Below are positions 20,371 to 31,772 of a DNA stretch of 64,000 nt, one piece after another. How positions within the stretch are numbered: position 1 is the stretch's first letter; every line of letters begins with the position of its first letter. The stretch is from Lepidodermella squamata. Its lineage: Eukaryota > Animalia > Gastrotricha. Location: the NCBI GenBank assembly GCA_047495785.1, contig JBLDXI010000003.1, positions 1,612,001 through 1,676,000 of the forward strand, in the 5' to 3' direction. The notes under the pieces were generated by a model, which saw only the letters and a list, made by a program, of their open reading frames with translations, did not search any database and was not told the origin of the DNA. Both the position numbers and the translations under genes were made by a program.

Positions 20371-22419
20371 TGGCCTGATGTCAGTTTTAAGCTGGAGCAA
20401 GTTTTAAAGTAGAGCAAGGGAAAGAAGCAAACAGTCCCTGAATACTTATGTACATGCAAAATGTCGTTTTCGGGTAAACTTATCACATATTCGCTTTGGT
20501 TAGACGCTGAAAAAGCCTCGGAATCTGCTTGACGAGGAGAAGGCGTTAGGTTATTAAAAATTGAAAACAAAACAAAACTATTACTTTTCGATTTTTAATA
20601 TGAATTTGAAAATTTGGCGAAAAAAATAGCACTCGCCGACACGGTCAACTACGGCGCTGACACGTTGCCGGTAGGCCAATGGTAAACTACGGCGCCGTAG
20701 CGATTCCGCAACTTTTTGAAAATGTCCCCTGACTTCAAATGTATGAAATCTAACAAAATATCATATCACCAATCAGGGACTCGGGTTGGCCAATAAGCTT
20801 TAATATGAGCCGGTGAAAAAAGGTCACGTTAACAGTAATGAAAAATCAGGTAACTGCTTCAGATAACAGTCTTGCTGTTGAAAACATTTGAAAGTATGTT
20901 TAACCGTGAACTGATGTATTCAATAACTACCTGGACGTCAACAGTAACAAGGCGGAGCAGAGAATGATGAACTTGCTACGGTTCGAACTGACCAATGTGC
21001 CCTTGAAGTAGTTACACCTGTTATGTCGAGGGGCAATTGGCTGATTTCAAACTAGAAAATGATAGCCTGATTTTGCTGGTTCCTGAAACTAAATTCTAAA
21101 ATCGTGGGTGGCAAACGGGTTCCCTGGAATCCCAGCTATCACATGCATACGCTGGAACCCGCCCGCCATCAACCACCTGGTCAACCTGGGTATCCAAAGT
21201 TCCCTATAACATAGCATTTTGGACTGACTCTAGAGTTTGGTATCCAGCCTAATTTCACGGGTTCCGAGGACTCCCATTCCTATCGCGGGTTGTCAACACC
21301 TATATTTAAGACACTTCTTTGTATGCAAATCGCTGCATCTATCCCTCGGGATTCAACCGATATACATTCAGCCTATGACATTCAATACATGCTGATTGTT
21401 TGAAAATGTGTAACCTAACTGAGGTTTTCAGTTTTCGACTTGTTTTCAGGTAGCCTATCTCTTATCGACAGAGTATGCGAAAATTCTTGAAAATCCCATT
21501 ACGATTTTAATGTTTTAAAAAATGTTTTGAGCTGGCCGTAGCACTGTGGTAGCGCTGAAATAGCAGTCGCCGTAGCGCTACCGTAGTGGCCCCGTAGTTG
21601 TGCTATTTGAGTGCTATTATTTAACAAAAATAGCCTAACGCCATGATAATCGCCTGTAAATGTGAACTGGATGAGATCTGCACGAGATTGCATACCCTGA
21701 AAAACCAAGGTTAAAAATTGCTAAAATTTTCAGCTCATGATTTTTGCGTTTTTGCTCAAAACTGAACAGAGCATTTGCTTCCGTGTTGCAGGATCCGCGT
21801 GGTCTCGTGGCATGAATAGCTCCGAGGCGGTGTTTTCTTTCATTGTTTTACCCTTCGTCAATAAAAGTGTGATGTCGAAATGCGTTAAGTTTGGTTCTGC
21901 TGCAATTTGGTTGATTTGTGTTGCACTGTGGTTTTAAGCGGTCAAAAAGTGAGACGCGTAAAAGCGTTAAGTTTGCCATTCATCGATTTCAGTATGACCA
22001 AATGGCGGAATGGAAATGTTTTATTTGGCGTCCTCCTTTTATGGCTGGAAATGCAACGAGGCGAATCCCAAGTTGATTGTATGAGTTTCCAGGGATTTAT
22101 TTTATTCTTGAGACTCTCGGTGTCATATTCGTCCTGTCAGTGTGTCCAAAGTTCCAAAAGTATCCTACTCAGTTCCATTACTAGATAAGTCTGTGTTAGG
22201 GATATAATCAGCCCAAGAAAAAAACTAGAATGGTATATATATATATATACAGAGCCATCGCATAAATGTGTTATTAAACTGATTTTCTTGAAAGTAATCA
22301 GGTTCCAAGTTTCACAGGACGGTAGAGAATAACAATGCATTTTAGGACCTTCAATTTAGTACTTTTATATCTTTGCTGCACATAAGTTTGTTACGAGCAG
22401 CAAAATAACCACCCTCTTT

Positions 22420-22760
22420 AGCAATGCGAGAGTTGATTTGCTCATCCATCTTCCGAGACATTTGAAGTGACGTTTTCTACTATTTTGCCATCCAGTTAAA
22501 GTTGACAGCCTTTATCCTACCCAACAACTACAATCGTCTTAGTATTGCTAATCTGCAGTTCCAATTCGTGACAGGCATTATTGAAAACATCTAGCAGCCG
22601 TGAAATCTCTCCGCTACTCATCTCTATCAAAGTGCTATCATCTGAAAGCGCAATTAAATTCAGCATATTTTTATTTTCCTTATCCAGATTCACACTGACC
22701 ATGGGGAACCCGTCTGGAGTATAATTCTCTTACATACCTAGTCAAATGTTGCTGAGGAGA
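22420..22760 (-). mobile_element. Degenerate non-LTR retrotransposon (LINE) reverse transcriptase fragment
   Basis: Translation LIALSDDSTLI...ISRLLDVFNNACHELELQISNTKTIVV, then EQINSRIAK, matches the LINE RT (F/Y)ADD..., L.IN..KT and RI.KA region; interrupted by stops. Confidence 0.65.
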
Positions 22761-22921
22761 GTTCTCTCATTTTCATCTTTATTGCTCAGTTGGTTGAGTA
22801 TTATCAACATAGTTCAATTGCAAATTCCAAGAAGCTAATTTCACGGACGTGTGATAGCAAAAGCACATTTAAATATTCGTTCAATCGCTCGTGACATGGG
22901 TCCACAATTCAGATCAGGAAA

Positions 22922-24579
22922 TCATAAAGCAACTTGTTTGCGAAAAAAAACAAAAAGCATGGCGATTTGAACGTTGAGGAATGAATTTGGCGGTTGATTA
23001 AGTGACAGTGCCCCGCTACTCATGCCTCCAGTGCTGATTTTTGCTGTAGTCTTGACTATCTCTTGGGTTGTTTCAGCTTTCTTATATTCAGCATGTCTTA
23101 GTAAAATAAAAAACGTGAGTTTTCGACATTTTCGCAATGAACCAAATACTTACTTTTCTAGACTGAGTAAAATCTTTCGGTTCCATTTATGAGGGCAGCG
23201 GTCCAGGTACCTCAACCGTTCCTGGTGAGCAGATAGCAGCGCAGTTTTGTTCCACAGAAACTTGTAACCCTCAAACGTCCACTCCAACGGATTGAGCGTG
23301 TTGTATCGATTCGCATTCCCCTCGCAAAATCGCGGTCTGTCCACGTGATCTTCATGCATAGACGCGCAAATTCCATCTCTCAGTTTGGCATCTAGCGCAT
23401 TCTTTTCGCCCTTGAATGTTTCATAATTCCAATGAACGGCCAGAGACGGGCGTTGACGGTCGAAGTATAACTGATGCAGACCAGACTCGGTTCGGTTTTT
23501 CACCTGGCCTTCTGGAACCTTGCCTTTCCAATCCGGCTCCCGCTCTCGAATAGTCCAGTAGTACTCATCGTGTTTGTAATACCATAAATAGGCACACATT
23601 ATATTAAACTGAGAGTATGTTGATTCCGAAGCAATGTGCGCGAAAGCTTCATCAAAGGTTGTTTTGTTCAGGCGTGCCCTAATGTGCTCACGTATGAGTG
23701 GAAGATGCGCAGTTTTGATAATGACAGGGAAAGATGCCATGCAATTCATCGGTTCTGTTTTAAGAGAAACATTTATTAATAGTTACATTATGGAGAAGTT
23801 CCTAATACCAAGCTGTCCAATCACTTCATGAGTAACTCTAGGGACCAATGGCCACCATTTTGGGTCGTAAGGCTTACCGAAAAGCCCTCGAATAATTGGC
23901 TTGTCCCCGACGAACAAATCGTATTTATGAACACGAGTTATGAAAACCGCATCGCTGTCCAGGAAACCGACATATTCAGATGTCGTAAAATTGTCTGCCC
24001 AGAACATGACCCATTGCTGGCGGTCCCAGCCCCGTTTGAACTTCGTGGTTGGAAAGTTGTAACCCACTCGAAGTCCAGTTTCTTCGGCTATTGTTACTCC
24101 GGGGGTGACTTCAATCCCTCGCAATTTGTTTGCGAAAACTCCAACGTCTTTCGCCTCGCCATCTGTGATGATTTGAAGTTTCAGACTGTCAATAGGCCAG
24201 AATAGTAGGAGGGATGGCATAATGTAGCGGCGAACTTCGTTGAGACCCGCTTCATTGGGAGGAACTGGCAGTAGCAATTCAAGATCGACACCCCATTTGT
24301 AGAACTCGTTGCATTCCGATCGATTGGATTCGATTCGAGCGGTCGTCGATAGAACAGAGGTCAGATTCCTTTCTGAAAACGTACTCTAATAGTCGCAACT
24401 CTCTACTTGATAAGGATCAAAATACCTCTGGTAATTGCAGACATTTCGACTTCTCTTGACTTTTTGGCAGTCGATTTTTGGGATTTAGGTGAATCATGTT
24501 GCTTCCTCTGCGTCAGAAAGACCAACAGAATAATAATTATAACTGCTGGGAGTAACGCCTTCTTGATCAGTGGCATCAT
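22922..24579 (-). CDS. Glycosyltransferase-like type II membrane protein, copy 2
   Basis: Exons 24579-24426, 24372-23809, 23754-23154, 23096-22922. Introns of 53, 54 and 57 nt sit at the same positions as in copy 1; FLDSD motif intact. Confidence 0.72.
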
Positions 24580-24599
24580 CACGCTTGATTATTACTGGC

Positions 24600-24960
24600 T
24601 TTGATGTAACAAGTGAGTAAATTGTTAAGTGTGATTTGGAAGACTGTGATCCAAGAAAATTTTCAAAACAGCTTAAAGCCAGGCTGAGATTTGACTGACT
24701 AAATCCAACCCCGTTTTTTCTATGGCCGCACCGATCACGCGCTTACTTGAGATGCGTTGTGACGCTCTCTCTGAGCCACGCCTAATAAACTACGCCCAGC
24801 TGCACCACCTACTGACAAACTGACCACTGGACAATAGCTATTTTGCGCAATGCATGGTGTCGTGATAAATTTACGCTACACTCATGCTTATCTGTAATCT
24901 TTGCGGGTTCATAAAACACGCCTATTTTAGACGGAAAAAGAAGAGAAAACTGGGTTATGG
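24600..24960 (-). promoter_or_regulatory. Conserved upstream block of GT-like copy 2 (homologous to ~28050-28445)
   Basis: Shared collinear motifs on the + strand: atggccgc.cc..tcacgcgc, tacgcccagc.gc.ccacctac.gacaaa, gtgataaa.tta.gctacactcatgcttatct. Confidence 0.5.
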
Positions 24961-25590
24961 ACAATCGGATTTTTGCCCTGGATAAGTCATTCCTCGCCAT
25001 AGTACACTTTTTGTCCAGTCCCAATTATGAGCTAACAAGGTAATTTTGACTCGCAGGGATACGCTTTTCGCCTTATTCATTGTCCCCCGTGAAAGTGTGC
25101 TATAGGAGATCGACATCACCCTCCTCAGCATCTTCACTTATACAACTCGGCTTTGTTTCTTTCTGTTGCTCGCTTTTTTTATTCCACATGTCAACATCTT
25201 TACAGCCATCACTTGAGATTTGTCTGTGCTTCTCGTTGCCTAGGCGGGAAAAGAATGTCTCTACAAATCACAGTTATTTCAACCTAGTTGAAACTTGACT
25301 CATATTGCACATATATGGCATCTCGCCCATATAGGCGTTAACATATTCTATACACACATGGGCGTACTACGCCTTGGGCCATATTTTAGTACTGGCGCTC
25401 ACGACTCAAGACACTCACGACTCTGGACACATAATTTGCGCTCGCTAACAATGACTTATCATTTCGACTGATAAAACGGCTGATTAGCTTTGACTTATAT
25501 AAAAGTAGAAATTTATAAAACTATTAATCGGTAATTTAAAGGAATGCATACCATTTCATAGGACCATATCAAACTACTCTAGGAAAAAAA

Positions 25591-25850
25591 CCAGGTTTAT
25601 TGGCGGATTTTATCCGGGAGCCAAATTGAGTCTTCATTTTGCATGCAAAAAACTAGGCTAATTAGGGGGGCACAGTATGGGATATAAGCATATCCTAGCT
25701 TTTATTCCATTGTGTGACATTGTGAGAAAAATCTAGGTTATTAGCTCTAGGATAGGCTATCCCATCCTGTGTCCCCTAATTAGCCTAGTTTTTTGCATGC
25801 AAAATGAAGACTCAGTTTGGCTCCCGGATAAAATCCGCCAATAAACCTGG
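25591..25850. mobile_element. 260-bp near-palindromic MITE
   Basis: ccaggtttattggcggattttatccgggagccaaa.tgagtcttcattttgcatgcaaaaaactaggctaattagggg is mirrored almost perfectly at the right end; arms ~110 bp. Confidence 0.82.
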
Positions 25851-26507
25851 TTATTTTCGTAGTGATAAGCAACGGTTAATACCTACATGTGGGCTATCAG
25901 GATCCTTATCGCCGTAAGGATCAGGATGCATCCCGATGGGGTGTGTTCCGTCAATGACACGAGTAAATAGTCCGGTGTTAGACATGTATTCGAGCAACAT
26001 TAGCCAAGATTTCACTTTGTAGTAAATGAAATTGGTGCGGCAACCCAAGTGGTATGACCGAAATGACCAAATGAATAAGTTTCATTTTACGTCCTCTGTA
26101 GGTATGAAAATGATATGCTAATATTTAGGGGATGACCGCTCGATTTGAGGGGATGGCCAGGGGGTGGGTAGGGGATGGCTGGATAAATCTCTGTGCTCGA
26201 CGCGAATCCACTATGTACGTTATCGTTCGGTGGGACAAAACGTGCCTACAACACTACAACACTACAACACTAATGCCACTAATGTCGAAAAGATTCATCC
26301 AGAGCTTTTTGTTTTTTAGTCAGCTTTTCCCTTGTCAAGAACTCTGTAAGAATTACGGCCGAATGACAACAACTGACAAGTGATTCCGAGTGGCTAATGC
26401 AACAAAACTTATCTCTGTTGATCTTTATTTCTTCACGGACGTTAGATAGTAAAAAGCTAAGCCATCTGAACGTTCCTTTGTTCGTATGTGCCATGAGTCG
26501 CGTCGAA

Positions 26508-28001
26508 TTAAAATAAGCAAATCGTCAAACATGAGATATTTTGAAAAACAAGATAAAAGACAAAAAGCATGGTGATTTGAAAGTTGAAGATTGAATTTGG
26601 TGATTGAACACGCGTCTGTGAACCGCTACTCACAATTCCAGTGACAACTGCTGCTGTAGCCGTGGTTGTTTTGGTTTTGCTTAGCGCGGAATAGAAAACA
26701 TCCGCCACAGAATTCCACAGAAACTTGTAACCCTCAAACGTCCACTCCAACGGATTGAGCGTGTTGTATCGATTCGCATTCCCCTCGCAAAATCGCGGTC
26801 TGTCCACGTGATCTTCATGCATAGACGCGCAAATTCCATCTCTCAGTTTGGCATCTAGCGCATTCTTTTCGCCCTTGAATGTTTCATAATTCCAATGAAC
26901 GGCCAGAGACGGGCGTTGGCGGTCGAAGTACAACTGATGCAGACCAGACTCGGTACGGTTTTTCACCTGGCCTTCTGGAACCTTGCCTTTCCAATCAGGC
27001 TCCCGCTCTCGAATCGTCCAGTAGTACTCATCGTGTTTGTAATACCATAAATAGGCGCAAATTATATTGAACTGAGAGTATCTGTATCGTGAGGCAATAT
27101 GCGCAAAAGCTTCGTCAAAAGTTGTTTTGTTCAGGTGTGTCCGAATGTGCTCACGAATGAGTGCGAGATGTGAAGTCTTGATGATAACAGGAAAATATGC
27201 CATACAATTCATCGGCTCTGTTTTGAGAGAAACATTTCTTTATATCAAAGCATCAGGGGAATTCCTAATACCAAGTTGTCCAATCACTTCATGGGTAACT
27301 TTAGGGACTTTTGGCCACCATTTTGGGTCGTAAGGCTTGCCGAAAAGCCCTCGAATAATAGGCTTGTCCCCGACGAACAAATCGTATTTATGAACCCGGG
27401 TTATGAACACCGCCTCGCTGTCTAGGAAGCCGACATATTCAGATTTCGTATAATTGTCTGCCCAGAACATGATCCATTGCTGACGGTCCCAGCCACGTTT
27501 GAACTTCGTGGTCAGAAAGTTATAACCGACCCGGAGTTGAGTTTCCTTGTCTATTGTTACTCCGGGGGTGACTTCAATCCCTCGCAATTTGTTTGCAAAA
27601 ACCCCAACGTCTTTCGCCTCTCCATCTGTAATGATTTGAAGTTTCAGACTGTCAATAGGCCAGAATAGTAGGAGGGATGGCATAATGTAGCGGCGAACTT
27701 CGTTGAGACCCGCTTCATTGGGAGGAACTGGCAGTAGCAATTCAAGATCGACATCCCATTTGTAGAAAACGTTGCATTCCGATTGGTTAACTTTGATTCG
27801 AGCGGCAGTCGATCGAACGGATGTCAGATTCTGCTCTGAAAAACGTACTCCAGTCACAACTTTCAATTTGATAAGGACCAAAATACCTTTAGTAATAGCA
27901 GTACTACCTTGCTTCCACCGCGACAGTATGACAATATTTGCCAAAAGAAAAATGATTATAACTACCAAGAATAAAGCCTTCGCTTTCAGTGGCAACATCA
28001 T
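26508..28001 (-). CDS. Glycosyltransferase-like type II membrane protein, copy 3 (DSE instead of DSD; rearranged 3' end)
   Basis: Exons 28001-27887, 27835-27272, 27217-26508; introns of 51 and 54 nt at conserved positions. After FLWN the frame runs directly into a Thr-rich stretch and a hydrophobic terminus. Confidence 0.7.
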
Positions 28002-28049
28002 TTTTGATTATTTGTTCGTGTGTATGTGTGCCCTTGGTCTCAAATATTA

Positions 28050-28445
28050 TTGCTGACTTGGATGTAACATGCTGCGAGTAAAATGTAATGTATCAAGACT
28101 CAAATCCAAGAATATCTTAACAGCAGCTCAAAATTGTGGGCTGGAATTTGATTGACTTAGCCCGAGACAGTCTTTTCCGATGGCCGCGCCGGTCACGCGC
28201 CTGCCTAAGATGCGTATCTGAGTCACGCCTTATATTAAGATTACGCCCAGCCGCGCCACCTACCGACAAAACTGACCGTAGACAATAGGTTGTTCGCAGA
28301 ATGCATTGCGGCGTGATAAAATTATGCTACACTCATGCTTATCTTTAATCAGAATTTAATCTTTATAGTTTAATATAAGCTTTATTTAGGCGTATTCCAT
28401 CCCTAGAATAAAATAAGGGTAAACTGGGTGATTGAAATTGGATTT
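28050..28445 (-). promoter_or_regulatory. Conserved upstream block of GT-like copy 3
   Basis: Diverged copy of 24600-24960. Confidence 0.5.
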
Positions 28446-30659
28446 TCAGCTTGTGAAATCCCGTCAAATAGGGCCCTGAGAGCACCCTATTTGACCGATT
28501 TCTAAAATTTACCTGAACTTATGATCAAAAGTGATCATGAGTTAGCGTGTGAAAACTCTAGCCGGTTTTAATTAGTGACCAACGTGTTTCGCGTTGGATA
28601 TGTTCTGCTGATATTAGGATCAGGATGTTCCAGTGACCTTGTCAACCTCTGCTTGCCACCAAACGCAAAACAATGATGAAGATCGTCCTCTTCAGAGCCA
28701 TCCTCACTGCAATGACTTTTTCAGGTATCCCATGACTATTTTTATTTCAGGTGGACTCCTGATATTTGTTTGCTTCTTTTCGACTTTCTGGTAAATCCAG
28801 GGCGAAAAAACAGACTGGCCCCAAAACCAGGAAAGAATTGTGCTCGAGAATCACTCAATTCACTCATCTAACAAGAAACACTTTTCAGATCAGCTATGCA
28901 TTCAAGTTGGCATCCATACAAAAGTAATAATAGGCGAATCCATACTCAAATGGATGGGTACAAGGCACCATCAATAACGCTCTTAATAGCTTCAAGGCCG
29001 GCTTTTGCCATCATCGAAACAGTAACTCAGTAGGTGATGCTTGATGCGTGGGCGCAAAAATGCTGATGATCATAACTTCCCCCGTCATGCAATAACTGCT
29101 GAATGGAAGCTGCATATACAGTGTGTGTTGCGATTTTTACTACCGTCTGAGCGCCTGTCGGGCGTGGCTAAGCTGTTTACAGGCCTCAGCGGCTGAAACG
29201 TGTTTCCGGGGCATAATATTGATGCGCGCGCACACAATATTATGTGAATGTGCGCGATTTTTGTGCGCAGTATAAGTATATGAATGAGCCGCGCCTGTCC
29301 GTTCCACTCAGGTTCTTCGCCGAGATATCGATGACGGCCGAAACGTTGGAGCCAGGTGCAGGACGGCTTAGGGTCGGCCAAGTTCACCACTCCACAATAC
29401 ATATTTCTTGAGAAGCTTCTACATAAATCTCACCCTATAGCATTCAACACACCAGTTTCTGAATTCGGTCCGATTACTCCTGATTTGTTACTCCTCGAGA
29501 TTAAGAAATGGTTAGGAGTGGAAATGGAATCAGCTTTCAGCTATCATCTTTTAAAGTTTGCGCTGATAAGTTCAAAGTACTTTCCTTATCTTTCAGTGGG
29601 GAGTTTACTAACATAATTCATCTTAAGTTTCTTGCCACAGCGAGTGTGGTCCAAATGCAGCCTCCGGAGCCTTTTAGGCTCTTTTCGAGGTTTTTTAGGC
29701 TCCGCAGCGATTTTTGGTGGCTCCTGATACCTTTAAATTAGCTTACTTTGAACGAAGTAAGCTGAAATATGCTGGGGAGACTCCGTCGTCATTTTATGCT
29801 CCGACCACATACTCCTAAAACTTTGGGCATGGAATACAATGCGTAAAATTATGCGTACTCACTGGTGATGCCTCGTTTTTGTATCAGCATCTTGATTAGA
29901 GTTAGAGCGATGATTCATCGCCCAAATGGTCATAATCCCATTTTAGTTCTATATACCTAGGTAATTCTGGTTATTTTTTATTTTACTACGGGAAATCTCG
30001 AGAAATTTCGTCGAAAATACGCCGAGAATCAAATTTTAGGTCTAAAATATACGAACCCATATTTATGCCCTTCAATGCAAAAATTGATTGAAAGCGATCC
30101 GCACTTGGACATCATTGTACCCTATGGGCATGTCCCTCTGTGTAAAATGATCCTAAATTGGATCATTTTAGGCTCTTTATACCGCCTGTTTACCTGGAAT
30201 TGAGGCATTGGAATTGCTGTTTCAGGCAAAATGTATATAAAAAAATCCACCTGAGTAAGGAAATTGGTGACTTCGGGCTTCAAAAAATCGAAAGCTGAAC
30301 GAATAAATAGCCAATAGGTACTATAGGTACTAGTACTTAATGAGGCTGTTGATTTTTATTAAATTTCCCCGAATTTAACGGACAAAAACAGGTGGAAAAT
30401 GTTTCAGCAACAATGCGCAATTCTTCATTCGCAATTATTTGTGTTTCATTTCTTGGCAACTTTCATTAATTAGGTTAAAATTGCGTTTGAAGATTTCTAT
30501 CTAATAATTGACAAATGTCACTCACCATGTTGGATTGTTGTTCAGCTATAACTTACCAATTTTTTATAGGTTATATTGTATAACAGCCTTTTAGCTAATA
30601 TATCGCAGCGTCCATTATTTGTGATGCCATTTTTTTATACACAAAAAAAAGACCGCAAT

Positions 30660-31320
30660 CAATACAGGCATCGGTTATCTGTGTATAACATCAAGCCCAG
30701 CTTTTTCGCGAGAGCCGCCGCCGCATAGCAGCTCACGCACTTCATTACACGCGCAACACGCGGCGCGGTTAACAAGGCAATGAACAGGCGCGCACTTTTT
30801 GCGCTGGCGGGCGCACGCGCGCAGCAAATAATAGCCGGCGCTCACGCTACGAATCGACCGGCTAGCCGCAGCATCGCCACCACCAAACTTGCGATCACAC
30901 AACAAACTATATAGCTAGCTGGGCCTGACTTATACCTCGCGATAGATAATTTATTTTCCGAGGTATATAATATCAGGCGGCTATAACGGCGCACGCGCGT
31001 GATCATGATAATAGTAATAATAATAATAGTATTAATAATAGACTACTGGTTTCATTTCTCAGGTGCTGCGTCATGTGCGGGTTTTTTGCTGCTGTTATCT
31101 TGCCCCACACCCTGCGCGCGCACGCTCGCGCGAGAAACAAGACCTGAGCCGAACCGGCCTTTTATCATAATAACACCTGGGTAGTAGCGCGCAGTTGATT
31201 TTTTCCACCACCACCACCACCAACATCTCATCGCCTTAACAATTACGGAAAATCAAAAATCAAGGTGTTGATATTGTGTGAAGCGTGTCGGTCCGGCCTT
31301 TTTTCCCGGCCGTAGAACAA
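30660..31320 (+). promoter_or_regulatory. CpG-rich promoter / 5' non-coding region of the giant muscle gene
   Basis: CGCG-dense island with a TATA-like tatataa near 30965, a splice-acceptor-like tttctcag near 31062 and a donor-like caag/gt near 31264, upstream of the first Ig exon. Function inferred from position. Confidence 0.4.
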
Positions 31321-31772
31321 ACATTTTTTAAAATAATATAGGTTTTCGGTGGTTTTACATAACGCTGTTTTAGGTGTATTTATTTATCAACTGGCCAATA
31401 CTTGATTGTAGAAAACTGGCCTTTTCATTATTATAAACTGAGATTCAGACAGGTTATATCTATTGTGTTCTCAGGGCAGCTCCATTTCGTGCATTTTTCA
31501 CGGTTCATCTCATTTTTCACGTATTCATGGTGGGAAAATATGGCGATCAAATTCCTTCTGCTTTACCTCTCTTTTCCCCGTTTTTTTCCCTGGTATTGAA
31601 TTTTGAATCGAAATTCAATTTTAGTACAATTTGCGTAATTTTGAATCTAATTTATTTTGTTTTATTTTATTTTCAAAAAGTAGTTTTTTCAGCGTAGATT
31701 TTTCGCGTTTTTTTTAGGTATTTTCTTAAAAAATTTGGATTTGTATTGTTGTGCTTTGGTCGTCATTTTTAG

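Noticed and set aside
29360-29870. Minus-strand stretch that reads like a decayed ORF (also ~6900-7310 and ~28570-28860)
   Set aside because: Multiple stops and no motif I can assign; probably old transposon or gene remnants.
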